The translations under genes were made by a program, and so were the position numbers. Source: Balamuthia mandrillaris (Eukaryota). From it: a DNA stretch of 64,000 nt. The first letter of the stretch is position 1, and every line of letters begins with the position of its first letter. The notes beneath the pieces are model-generated. The model saw only the letters and a program-made list of their open reading frames with translations, had not been told where the DNA came from and did not search any database. Location of the stretch: positions 1 to 64,000 of the forward strand of contig JAVKOQ020000051.1 of NCBI GenBank assembly GCA_031835245.2, written 5' to 3'. This document shows positions 1 through 12,341 of the stretch, one piece after another.

Positions 1-739
1 AGAGGAGAAAAGAAAGACAGACAAGGGAGACACAAGAGACACGAGAGAGGTAGAGAAGAGCATGATTAGTCTGGTATTGCAAACAAGAAAAAACGTTGTG
101 AACAAATGAGACTTACGTGAGGATGTTGCGAGTGGCCTTCCAAAGCTCATAACGGAGGAGCAGAGTGGTGGTCTCTGATAAGCTTTCCGTTCTTCTCGAC
201 ACGTCCGTCACCGAAGCCAACGACCGAACTTCAACCAAAAAAAAAAAAAAAACCCATTAAAATGTTTACAACAAAACTGCAATAAAAACGAATAAATAAA
301 AAAAATGAAAAAAAATAGAAAAGAAAATAATAAAAAATAAAAATAACTAAAAAAAAGAAAAAGAAAAAAAACAAGAGAGAAAAAAAAACGTACTCGCTAC
401 ACAGAAGAGGTGGTCTTCAGGTTTGATGAGAGATACTGCCCGTTGGAAGGCTTTGTGGGCCTGCGTGGAGCCATCCACGCACACCATGATCAACTTCCCT
501 TTGGTGGCCTCCCACTTGCCCTTCAGCAGGCAATTGTAGTAGAGGTACTTCCTGGCCTCCGTCACCCGGTCCAAGGTGGCCTGATGGCTGATGGTGACGG
601 CGTTCTCGAGGATGGCGTCGTGGGCGGCCTCCACGGTGGGCTCGAACTCAAAGTCATCCAGCTTCTCGTAGAGGGCGAGCGGGGCGTCGTCGTCGCTGTC
701 GTCCTCCCAACTAAAGTCATCCTTGTGCGCTTTCTTCAT
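1..739 (-). CDS. Universal stress protein (USP) family, left copy, cut by the window edge
   Basis: LIMVCVDGSTQAHKAFQRAVSL motif; mirror of the complete copy at 42978-44166. Start codon uncertain. Confidence 0.85.
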
Positions 740-1009
740 GTTGTTTGTGTTGTGATAATTATTTTCCTTTTGGCATTTTTTTTTGTTATCCAAATTTATT
801 GTAGACATTGGCAATTTATTCCATTGCAGAACCGATGAAATTTTATAGAAATAATAATCATGTTACGTAATAATTGTCAATAAAGGAAATGAAATATTAA
901 GGCGGTGAATTAGTTGATAAATTGTTGGTGATAAATTGGATGTATCGATAATCCGTAGCAATTATTGTAACGACAAAGAAAAAGAAAAAGAAGAACACGG
1001 TGAGGCACT

Positions 1010-2441
1010 ATGGCTGAATCAAGCGACACTGGTTTGTTTTGTAATTCTTTTCTTCCCCTTGTTTCCCTCTGGCGTGCTGTTACCTGTGAAGTATTCCTTC
1101 ACTCATTCAAACCAAAAACGGTTTTTTTCTGTAGGGTCTACCGCACCGGAGCAAGTGATCATCGACACGGATCCCGGTATCGATGATTGCATGGCTCTTT
1201 TCTTGGCTCTTTCTTGTCCTCATCGCATCCAAGTGGTTCGTTTGCTTTTATTTTTTTTGGGGGGTTCTGTCAACGACTGTATAAAGTTTTTTTTTTCTCC
1301 TTCTTCCAACCGAATAGAAAGGAGTGACCATCATTTTTGGGAACCACTACGACTTGGATCTGTTGGCCGGGAATGCTTGTCGCGTGCTGGACATGGCCGC
1401 TGCTGAAAACATCAACGTTTACAAGGGCTGCGCTGTTCCTTTGGTCCGTCCGAACTTTCATTTATTAGCTTCGTTGCAATTATATAGTTTTTTGAGTTCT
1501 TTTTTTCTTTTTTCTTTTTTCTTTTTTCTTTTTTTTTCTTTTTCTTTTTCTTTTTCTTTTTCTTTTTCTTTATTTTTCTTCTTTCTTCTTTTTTCTTTTT
1601 TCTTTTTTCTTTTTCTTTTTCTTTTTCTTTTTTTCTTTTTCTTTTCTTTTTCTTTTTCTTTATTTTTTTTCCCTTTTTCTTTATTTTTCTTCTTTTTTCT
1701 TTTTCTTTTTCTTTTTCTTTTTCTTTTTTTCTTTTTCTTTTTTTCTTTTTCTTTTCTTTTTCTTTTTTTCTTTTTTTTAAATATTTTTAGTTTGTTTATT
1801 GTTTGGTTTAACTTTTACAAATATAAAAGGACGGCGTTTACGGCGGTCACAGTGGCGTAAGAGTGCACGGCGAGAACGCCATCGGCGGCTTTGCCGGTCG
1901 CGAGGTGGTAAACCGCCACCTCGTACAGGAGACCAGTGCTGCTGACTTCATCATCGAGACCTGCAAACAAAATCCCAAACAGGTTTGTATTTTTGTTGTC
2001 TTCTTTTTTCCTTTCTTTGTTCGTTTCTCTCTCTCTCTCTCTCTCCCCCTCTCTTTTCGTTTGTTCATTCTTATCGTTGTTTTTGTATGTGTCTCTTTAT
2101 TTGTTCGTTCCTTCGTTTCTCTCATCTCCACTATTGTAAAAAGATAACCATCATAACGTTGGGTCCATTGACCAACATTGCAACTGCTTTTCAAAAATGT
2201 CCCGAACTTCCTCAATACGTGAAACGCATTGGTACTGCTATGCCTCTGGTGTTTCTTTCTCACCTTTTTTTTGTTTTGCTTCTCTGACTTTCGCTTCTCA
2301 AATCAAAATAAAACAGTGTCTATGGGAGGAGTATTAAATGAACCTGGAAATATAACTCCTGTTGCTGAGGCTAACTTTGGCAAGTACGTATTACCACAAT
2401 ACTTCCATCTTACTCTTTCGAATCTTTTTCGTCCATTTATT

Positions 2442-2484
<43 letters not shown>

Positions 2485-3146
2485 GTTCATTCCGTAAAGT
2501 GACGCGCTGGCAGCAAAGACGGTGCTTAACGCCAAGTTTCCTTTGACGTTAGTGCCTCTCAACGTAACGAGACAAGTTCATCTCAACTCTTCCTTCCGTC
2601 AAACCCTCAAAGGAATCGGCGAGATTGGAGACTTTATTTATAACACTACCGAGCATTACGTCGCTTTGTTGACGAAATGGGGTAATGACCCAGAAAAGAT
2701 TGCTGTACGTTTCTTGCGTTCTTTTGCGTTCTTCTTGCTCTTTTTTGTTTGTTTGGGCTGATGCAAAGCAAACGAATAGATACATGATTCATCAGCTGTG
2801 ATGGCAGTTTTGAGACCAGAGTTCTTCACGAAGAAGCAGCAGATCTACATTGACGTAGAATCCAAAGGAGAGAGAACCAAGGGCATGTGTGTTCCTGGTA
2901 CATTCTCACCTTGGCTGTTCCTTCTTTTCTGTTTTCGTGTTCTTGTTCATTCTCTTCATGGTTTTATTCTTGTTGGGTTTGTTTTGTTCCTAACTTTGAA
3001 ACTCTCAAATAGATTGGAAGGGACATTTCAGAAAGGAAGAGGGATATCATCTGAACACAGAAGTTTTGTTAGGAGTGGACGATGAGGCGTTCAAACAGTT
3101 CTACATTGAATGCATCACAGCTCTCGTCAACAAAGTGGAGTCCTGA
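1010..3146 (+). CDS. Inosine-uridine preferring nucleoside hydrolase (multi-exon)
   Basis: IIDTDPGIDD, HGENAIG, TLGPLTNIA, MGG...GNITPVAEANF and IHDSSAV motifs across GT-AG exons; ATG at 1010, TGA at 3144-3146. Confidence 0.93.
1498..1778. repeat. Intronic (TTTTTC)n low-complexity tract
   Basis: Seen directly; mirrored at ~41939-42219. Confidence 0.9.
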
Positions 3147-3206
3147 AAACAGTTTTTCTTCTTATTTACAGCAAGGAAAAGGTTAAAAAAATAGGTAAAA
3201 AAGTTC

Positions 3207-4240
3207 TTAAGAGGAACTGCTTCGCTTCTTTTCTCGCTCGAGAACGGCTTTATCAAACTTAATGAGAATAACTGTTTCGAGTTGGGCTGCGTCTTTCTTG
3301 GAAGGAACATAATGCGCTGTTACTTTTGCGGGCTGAACACACACAAGAAATGAGGTGAGAAGCAGCGCAGAGAAAAGCATAGAAGCTGAGAAGCAGAGCA
3401 GGGGAGGAGAACGCACAAACTCAGCGCCGTCAAGAGCACCTTTGACCACACCAGCAGCAAACGCAGCACAGTTGAGACCACCAAAGTCTTTCGGCACTGA
3501 AATGTATTTGTTGAGAATGGAGTCTCCTTCTGGTCGTATCATATCTTTCGATAGCAAAGGAGCTGAATGTTAATACAATGAAGAAAGCAGAGACGGAAGA
3601 AGCGGAGAAGACGAAAGCAGAAAGAAGAGTAACGAAAGAAGAAAAGAAAGAAAAAGAAGCAGCGAAAAGCAAAGAACATAGAATGAAACGTTACATTCAT
3701 CATCATTGTCGGTGCTTCGTTCAAGCAGTGCTTGTTGGCCAAACAGGACCTTCCACATCGTATACGATATAAATGCCAAAATTCTCAACAATTCTTTTTG
3801 TTCGAAGAAGAAGAAGAAGATAAGAAGAAGAAAGGAAAAGAAGCAGAAGAAGAACAATAACAAGAAGGATGAAGTTATCTTCCTGCAAAGCTGAAACAAA
3901 ACAACACACCACATATACACAGAGATAAACAACATACCCACGTCTCGTTTGTAATTTTTCTCTCTGAAGCTGATGAGTTCCAGTGCACGAATGCCAACGT
4001 GGTAGCCAGCGTTTGAGAGGCGTGTCTCCAGCTTTGTCACATCGTTTACTTTGTCTTGCGAGAACTGCACAAACTCAGAGAATAGATAGGCAAACGCACT
4101 CAAGCTGACCTTTTAAAAATAAAGCCGCAATCATCATTGAGTGTTTTGTTTAATTTTTTTTAAAACGAACAAACCTCTTTCTTGCCTTTGGTAACTGGTC
4201 TGTCCACGATGTTCAGGACGGGTCTATTCACGATGTTCAT
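3207..4240 (-). CDS. TRAPPC5: TRAPP complex subunit 5 / Trs31 (multi-exon)
   Basis: VSLSAFAYLFSEFVQF, GYHVGIRALEL, NKYISVPKDFGGLNCAAFAAGVVKGALD, PAKVTAH, ILIKFD. Confidence 0.95.
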
Positions 4241-4481
4241 CTTCTTTTCTTCTTCTTCTTCTCTCTTTTTTTTTGTTTTGCCAAAAGAAAGGCATGACAA
4301 CAATTTAAAAAATTTAAAGCATTCAAAATACGCTTGTTATTTAAATCATATTAAAAATTTAAAATATGTAAAATATTTGTATTATTCAAAAAATGTCAAC
4401 AATGTTGCTGTCATAAGCATAAAATTACTTTGTAAGAGGAGAAGAAAGCGGAGAGGAGGGAGTGTGCTCTCTGGAGACCCT

Positions 4482-6042
4482 ATGGAAGCACCCAGCGGCG
4501 AGACTCGTGGAGGCATTCGACCAGCATCATCCAACCGCCGTTCAAGCAGCAGCAACAACAACAACGCCACGACGTCGTCTTCTTCCTCCCCCGCCACTGC
4601 GACTACTGTCTATTTAAATATTTATGACCTGATGCCGAGCGGCTCTCACAACTGGGCCTACAGCCTTGGTCTCGGCATGCACCACTCCGGAGTTGAGGTC
4701 TATGGCAAAGGTATGCTCCACGTTCACCTTTTTGTTTCTCTCTCTCTCTTCGTGCTCTCCTCTTCTTTACCATTTGTCGTTTTCTTTTTCCTCCATCTTG
4801 CCACATAGAATATGGTTTCTTTGGGCACACGGGGCCTGGCACCGGTATCATTTCCACCACGCCGCGTCTCATAGAACCTCCGGCACGGTTCAGGTAGGGC
4901 TCTTTTTGTTGGTCGTCTTGTTTTGTTTTTTCGTGTTTCGTTTGCAGTTCTTTCTGTTGTTATTTTCGTGCACTCCTTTGCTCCTTTGCTCCTTTGCTCC
5001 TTTGCTCCTTTGCTCCTTTGCTCCTTTGCTCCTTTGCCTTTGCTCCTTTGCTCCTTTGCTCCTTTGCCTTCCTGCTTTGCTCCTTTGCTCCTTTGCTCCT
5101 TTGCTCCTTTGCTCCGTAGTCTTGTTTTTCGTTTTTGTTTTCCTCCTCTGGAACTTGTGCTTGTTCTCCTTTCGGTTAGTCGTTTTGTGTTTCTCCCTCT
5201 CATCTGCTTTGCAATCGCTCAAACAGAGTCCATAGCGATGGGCGAAGTAACTCTCTCCTACAACGAAGTGAAGAAGATCATAGAAGAGATGGCAAGCCAG
5301 TTTCTGGGCAAAAGATACCATCTCACAGACTTCAACTGTAATGCCTTTTCTGATGCCTTCTGTCGGCGGTTGCTCTCCAAGCCCATTCCTACTTGGGTTA
5401 ATCGTTTGGCTTATCTTGGTTCGTTTCCGTTCTTTTCCTTATTGTTGTTCTTGTTCTTCTTCCTCTTCTTCCTCCATGTTATGTGGTTCATTGTACAGTC
5501 CTCACGTCCTTCTTCTCCAAAACAGGAAGCTTTGTAAAAGATTTATTACCTGGTTCTCTCATTCAACCGGTCCGTAGTCTCCTCTTCCTATGTAAAGTAC
5601 TATTGTCTTCTTATTTTTGGCTTTGTTTCTATGTATTACAGCCGGCAGATGCTGTTCAAGTCGTGCAAGAGCAGTCTAGCAAGAAAATCACATTCACTGG
5701 AGTTGGCCGCACTCTCTCTGACAAGTAAGTCAAGCCTCTTTTGTTGTTCTCTATCTCTCCATACGTTTATGGCCCAACAATGTTGACGTGAAACAGCCAA
5801 TCTACAACACGAGGCGGCATCAGAGCGGACATAAGAGGTTCTCCTAAAACCGCAAGAAAATCAGCGACAACTATTATATCCGTGGATGACAACGCACCCT
5901 CCACTCGCATACAAGTATGGTTTCCAAACGGCAACAAAGTTCAACAGCGGTTTAATCTTGTTCATACAGTAGCGGACATCTACTCTTTTGTAGATGGGTA
6001 ATTCCCTCTTCTCTCCTCTTCTTTATCTGTCATGTTCTCTCT

Positions 6043-6086
<44 letters not shown>

Positions 6087-6254
6087 GCTATATTTTCTAA
6101 AACACGAAACCAAACAAACAGAATGGAGCCAGAGTATAAAGGTCGGTACAAACTTTTTATGGTATACCCACGACAGGAGCTTTTGGACCGGAAACTCACG
6201 TTGGATGAGGCCTACCTCATCAACGCCTCTATCATTGTTGAGCTCCTGAGCTGA
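4482..6254 (+). CDS. PPPDE/DeSI peptidase fused to SHP box and UBX domain, left copy (2-bp deletion at the exon 3 start)
   Basis: VYLNIYDL, HHSGVEVYGKEYGF, YHLTDFNCNAFS; FTGVGRTL; STRIQVWFPNG..QRFNLVHTVADIYSFV..YPRQEL..TLDEAYLINASI. Confidence 0.85.
4972..5116. repeat. Intronic 8-mer tandem repeat (GCTCCTTT)n
   Basis: Seen directly; mirrored with small differences at ~38603-38745. Confidence 0.92.
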
Positions 6255-6391
6255 TGTTCATTCTATTCTCTTCTTCTTGTAATGCACAAACACGACGACT
6301 GTACAACATCTTGCTTATTTATAAAACGTTTCAAGTACAAGTGGATTTCTTTCAAAGAAGGAAACGGTTACTGAAATGTATTCGCAGGGCT

Positions 6392-7574
6392 CTATTCAAA
6401 GGAGAAAGTTTGGAAGGAAGGAACTTTGGCAGCAAACCCACGAGAGACCTTCAGCTCAGGCCGGCCTCCTCCCAGATGCATGACCACATGACAAACGGTC
6501 CCCATTTTGCCGCCCAGGTTGGAGTCATAGACAAAGGGTCGAAGAATGGGCAGCTTCCTCTCCTCCTCCTCCTCCTCTCGCATTCATCTCTCAACACCCT
6601 CATCACTGTCTCCTCGCTGCAAAACCTCTCTGCTTGCTCTCCTTCTGCCAGTTGGTGAAGAAGCTCTGTCATGCGAGCGTGCCGCGCCAAGGAAGATTGC
6701 AAGCGATCCGCAGACAAGTTCACCTCTTGTGGGAGAGGTAATGGTTGGTCCTCCAATGCACTGCTTCCATCTTCTCCTCCTTCCCCTCTTCCTCTGCTGC
6801 TGCTTTCCTCCCCTTCTCCTGTGTTCTTCTTCTTGTTTTGCTTGGGTGGTTGGAGTGGAATGGGGGAGGGAGGAAGAGACCAGAGGTGTGGGCCAGCAAA
6901 CTCCAAATGAAGAGCATGTCCCAGAGCATCGCAAGCAAGGATGGCGCTGCTGGTGCCCCGCATGCTGGCATCCATGCCCCGCACCACCAACTCCTCCCAT
7001 TCTGCCACCGTCTCACACTCCAACGCGGCTCGCAACAACATGTGAATGGGCACTCCTTTGCCACTTCTTTCCCCCTCTCCTTTTTCTTCTCCTCCTCCTT
7101 CTGGCGTCGCCTGAACTTGCACTTGCTGTTCTGGAAATGTGGTGGGTTGGTGGCGAAGAAAGTTCAAGGTGACAGCCAGGCCGTGGTTGTTCACTCCAAT
7201 CTTGCCAATGATGCCCGGTTCTGTCACCATGAGAATCTTTTTCCCTGCTCCTTCCCTTTCTTCCTGCGTGTTGGCCAAGGTTGGAGGCAAAAAAGCAAGC
7301 AAGGAGGGAGCAAGACCGTCAGTGATGAAAAAGAGAGCAGAAAGAAGGAGGTGAGAAGAGATGGAAAGAAAGAAAAGAAAGGGAGAGAGAGGGAGAAAGG
7401 CACCTTCTCGAGGAGGACCACAACCACATGCTCTTGCATCTCCTCCATCCAGTCCCAATTCTGAGCCAAGATGGGGTTCTTCCTTTCCCTTGAGTCTCCC
7501 TCTTTCACCGTGTTGGAAGGAAAGCAAATGGTGGAACATTCTCCTCTGCTTTCCGTCAGTCAAACGTAAACGAC

Positions 7575-7654
<80 letters not shown>

Positions 7655-7660
7655 AACGAC

Positions 7661-7692
<32 letters not shown>

Positions 7693-7720
7693 AAAAAGAA
7701 AGAAAGAAAGAAAGAAACGA

Positions 7721-7776
<56 letters not shown>

Positions 7777-7782
7777 AACGAC

Positions 7783-7861
<79 letters not shown>

Positions 7862-7870
7862 GACAAGAAA

Positions 7871-7906
<36 letters not shown>

Positions 7907-8392
7907 GAAACGACAAGAAAGAAAGAAAGAAAGAAACGACAAGAAAGAAAGAAACGACAAGAAAGCAAGAAAGAGAAAGAAAGGACAAGACAAGAAAAGG
8001 AGGAAGGAAGCCACGAACATGTCCTTGGGGAAGGTGTTCATGAGTTCAGTCCTGCAGTTCAGGGCATAGACCCAGCGAAGGTCCACCTCTGCTCCACGGG
8101 CAATCCCCTCCATCTCCTGGCAATACTCCCTTTTGAACCCATGGATGACGCTGTGGAAGGAGGAGGCCTCTGCCAGGAGGCTCTCTTCGCTTCTGCCCTG
8201 GAAGACGGTTCGTTTGTAGATCTGGATGGTGGCCGCGATCTTGTCCTTCAGCAGCCGACCCAGTCGCAAGCCTCTTTCCTCCGCCGTGCCCCCTCTCACA
8301 TGGTAGAACGGGATAGGAGGGGGCAACTCAGCTGGTGGACGCCACAAAGCGAACCCCCTCTTGCCGCTTTCCCATCGCAGCATCGCTGCCAT
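6392..8392 (-). CDS. Peptidase C45 / acyl-CoA:6-APA acyltransferase-like Ntn hydrolase, copy 1 (frameshifted as written)
   Basis: EMEGIARGA, YALNCRTEL, GECSTI, LAQNWDW, TEPGIIGKIGVNNHGLAVTLN. Indels at ~6580, ~6730 and ~6805 relative to the other copies. Confidence 0.8.
7563..7990. repeat. (GAAA)n microsatellite in C45 intron 1
   Basis: Seen directly; much shorter in copy 2 (~17985-18050) and intermediate in copy 3 (~35850-36110). Confidence 0.92.
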
Positions 8393-8488
8393 TCCTTTGT
8401 TTGGTTGCTTTTTTTCTTAGCGTGTTAACCGTTATAGGCTTTTTAGGTCGCCTTTCGTTTTGTTTCGAACAAGCTCCTTGCTTCCCTC

Positions 8489-8527
<39 letters not shown>

Positions 8528-8608
8528 CGCTCTCTCTCACTCTCTATAAAAGGGTTACATAACGAAATAGTGGTTGTTCAGGAGTAGGCCTTTTCATCGT
8601 TTTGTTCT

Positions 8609-11600
8609 TCAAGAGTCTTCTTCTTCGTCATCACCCCCTTCCTGGTCCTCGTCTTCATCATCACCCTCTTCCTCTTCCTCTTCTTCGTCTTCGGTGTCGT
8701 CTTCTTCATAACTATCAGAGTAATACTGTAAATACTCATCATCTTCGTTCCAATCTTCCATGCTATTCCAGGAGTTGCTTTGTCTACATTGGTGAAGAGC
8801 TTACCTCAGTAACCTACTCCAGAGAAGAAGAAGGAGAGAGTACGTACAAAGAGGAATCAAAGGGGTTGTGCAGCAACTCTTGCTCCAACTTCACCAAACG
8901 TCGCATCAGCAAGTCGTATTGCTCCCCCGTTGTGTTCAACCTTTCCATCTCCTCCTTCAACTCTGCAATCTGTTGCTCTGCCGCTTCTTCCTCTTCCTTC
9001 TCTTTCTCTGAGGAGGAGGAGGAGGAAGAAGAAGAAAGATGGCCACCATGACGAACACGTTCTTCCAATTGGATGATGCGTTGGTTCAGCTCTCCGATCT
9101 TCATCTGAGAGGATCCCAGGGGTTTCCAGGAAGGATCGCTTTGGTCCAACAAAAGCTCCAAGGAAGAGAGGACCAAGGTCAGCTGTTCCGTGATGTCGGT
9201 GGTCACTTCTGGCTTGTCCAGTTCTTTCAGTCTGGTTTGCAATGTTCTTGCTTCTTCATGCAGTCTGGTTTTACATATTTAAAAAAATATATGGTGAGAC
9301 AGTTTTGCAGGAGAAGGAGAAGGAGAAGGAGAAGGAGAAGGAGAAGAGAGAGGAGAGGGGAGTACTCGAGCAAATCATGAGTGGAAGACACGTGTTGCTG
9401 ATGAGAGATAATATGTGTGAAGTGGCTGAGACAGTTGTCAACCTCAATGGCTTGCTGCTGCTCTTTGAGCTTCTCCACTGCATTCTCTTGTTGCTCTGTT
9501 ATGATGAACAACAACCTTTGGTGCCAACACAACGATAGAAATCAGTTTAAAGTTTCAGCACCCTAAGAACAGAAGGAAAACGCAAAAAGAAAACGAGAGA
9601 GAAAAAGGAACAAGAACGAAAAGGGAAAAACCAACGAGCTCGGAGCATAAAAAGGCTGCCATGTTTTCATTTCACGTTTTGCTTGTTCGAATTCATATTT
9701 GGTCCGACACTTGCCCGCGTGTAGTTGCCATTCTTCTTCATAGAGCCTCCCCATTCCTGTAAAGCATTTCTCCCTCACTTTGTTGGCGATGGATTTTATT
9801 ATGTTGATCCGTGTTGAGGCATCTTTGACAGAGGACAATTCCTGTTTGTGGAGACAACAAAATGAAGGAGAATGAGTCAAAAAGGAAGAAACGAAAAAAA
9901 CGGAACACGGCGGACGAGAACGAACGAAACAAAGACGCCGAAAAAAGAAAGCAAAGAGAAGAAGCAAACCATTCTCTCCAATTCTTGAACTGTTTGCTCC
10001 AATTCCACCAGTTCTGAGCAGGCCCACTCCAACTCTGCTCTGTCTTTTCCACTGCTTTCTTTTGCTTCCTCCCCCGTTTTGTCTTTGTTTTTGGGGTGCA
10101 AGGAAGGAGGGAGGCTCCCATCCGCAACCCATTGATTCACTGGTTGAAAGCGTTGCAGCAAGCATCGCTCTTGCTCTTCAAACAAACTCCTCCCTTTGCT
10201 CACCAGAAATCCTCTCAGACTTGCAAATCTCCTCTCAATGTTGTTGTGTGCTTCGTGGAAAGCGCTGCTTGGGGGCGACTGGCGGGCAACCTTCAAGGAT
10301 GACAATGATTTGTCCACATCGTGCTTGGTCTTGTTCAACTGGTGGCACAGCTCCAGAATGGGTTTGAGCGGAGAGGAGTTGGTGTTTTGCAGGAGAGAGG
10401 AGAGAGTGAGAAGGGCGGAATGAGTCATCTTCTCCAGCTTGCACAGTGGCTGAAATGCTGTCATTTGCCTCGCCAGTGGAATACCTTTGCTTTGCTGGTT
10501 GCGGTGCACAAAGCATCAGCCAGGAAAGAAGAAGGTGAGAAACAACACCCACAAGAAGAAGAACAAGAACAAGAAGAAGAAGAAGAAGAAAAAGAAGAAG
10601 AGAGAAGAGGTACTTTCTCGCTGAGGGGAGGAAGGGTGTCGTGCTGGAAAAAAGGGAAACCAAAAATGGGCCAAGGAATGTGGCTCCATCGTTCCATTGC
10701 ATGCCTCGCCAACTCGCATGTCAACAGTGGGATGTATGGACTCAGTTCTTTCTCCACTTTGCCCATCACTTCCATCGCCACTTGCGACTCACTGGCCATT
10801 TCCCACAGCACTGCCAAAGCCATGAAAACAGCACACCTTGAATGAGCACCACACATGAAGCGGACAAAGAGAACCACCACCCCCACCACCACCACAACAA
10901 CAACAACAACAACATCAACATAAGACAACAACAAAGGAGCGAACCATTGACAAGCTGTTCGTTCGTCCCAGCATGTTGCTCCTCCGGAAGAAGAGAAGGC
11001 TCACCCCTCAACCCCACCACCCACTCTTCCATTGCTTCCTTCAGCGCTTCATTCAAGTCTTCTCTCACTCTCTCCGCCATGCCCAACACCCGCTTCCTTC
11101 TCTCCTCCTCTTCCCAAGCTTCTTGCCTTGTGTCCTCCTTGCTCAGCATGGCTCTGGCATGAAAGACATGCAGCGTGCACAAGAAGAAAGCCAACAATCG
11201 CAACTTCTCCCCATGCTTCTTCCCAACCCCCAAGTATCGTGCTCTCACCGTTGCCACCCCTTTCAACATCTCCTCCACTCGATGTTTGTCCATGTCCGCC
11301 ATGAGTGCTTCCGCTGCCTCCACCACCGCTGCCACGGGATCACGGACAGCAGTCATGTGATAGTACCAGAAGCGTTGTTTGGAGGGATGATGGAGGAAGC
11401 GATGACGGATGGTTCTGGCTTGGTTCAACAATTCCACCATTTCCTCCCTCAAGAACCTCTCTTTCCATGCTTCACAAAGTTGCTCCGCTTCTTCCGCTTC
11501 TTCTTCTTCTTGTTCGAGTTTCTCATCAGAGCTGTCCCCATGGTGAGTGGTGGTGGTTGTGGTGGTTGCTGTGGTGTTGAGGATGAGGTGGTGGAGTTGC

Positions 11601-12301
11601 TCAGAGAGAGAAGAAACATGGGACAATGCTTCATCCACCTCCATTTGAATCTCAGCCACTTCATTGGCCAACACTTCTGACAGCTTCTCCCTCAATCCTT
11701 CCTTGAAGAGACTCACCCGTCGGAATGTGGATGGCACATCTTCTTTCAGGCATGTGGCGAGATCGAGAAGCTTGTTTGCTTGTTGAAGAGCAGTTTCGAG
11801 TTGGCTGACAGAAGGCTGGTCTGGCAGATTGAGTTGCTGGAGTTGTTGCTCCACTTCAATCAAATTCTTCATCACTCTGGTTTTGTGTGTGGGTATTTAA
11901 TTTGGCGTTACAAGAAGAAGGAGAAACAAGAGGACGAGCAAAGAGGGACTGAGAAGAGACGAGGAAGGAGCAAAACGAAAAACAAAAAAGGTGAACACGA
12001 ACTGTAACATGCTGCTTTGGCTCTTCACCCCAAGCTGCTCAACCCTCCTGATGAGCCTAAGCTTGTCTTGAACACGGGCTGTGACTTCATAGGAGGTGAG
12101 GTCAGGGAAATCACACAGTTCGCTGCGCAGCTTGATCCACTCCGCCTCAATGGTCTCGCCCATCAGTTCTTGTTGTTTCTGCAGTCGAATTCGCACTTCT
12201 GCTTTCTCTTCCTCTCTCAGCCTTTTCATTTCAACAAGCAACCCACCCCCACCCCACCAAATGAAACGTTGTGAGTTGGGGACAAACACCAGAGCGGCAG
12301 A

Positions 12302-12341
<40 letters not shown>

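Larger units (their letters stand above)
1..6290. repeat. Inverted repeat, left arm, outer near-identical stratum (partner ~37427-43716)
   Basis: Identical ORF translations on opposite strands with coordinate sum 43717 (347..814- / 42903..43370+; 3207..3557- / 40160..40510+; 5994..6254+ / 37463..37723-). Base 1 pairs with base 43716. Confidence 0.97.

Noticed and set aside
4972..5116. Regular repeat as a possible CRISPR or telomeric array
   Set aside because: 8-bp units with no spacers, located inside a spliceosomal intron.
7361..8428. Long Lys/Glu/Arg-rich or Phe/Leu/Ser-rich ORFs (also 35404-36346, 1324-1860, 53856-54206)
   Set aside because: Translations of stop-free intronic microsatellites or antisense frames of real genes.
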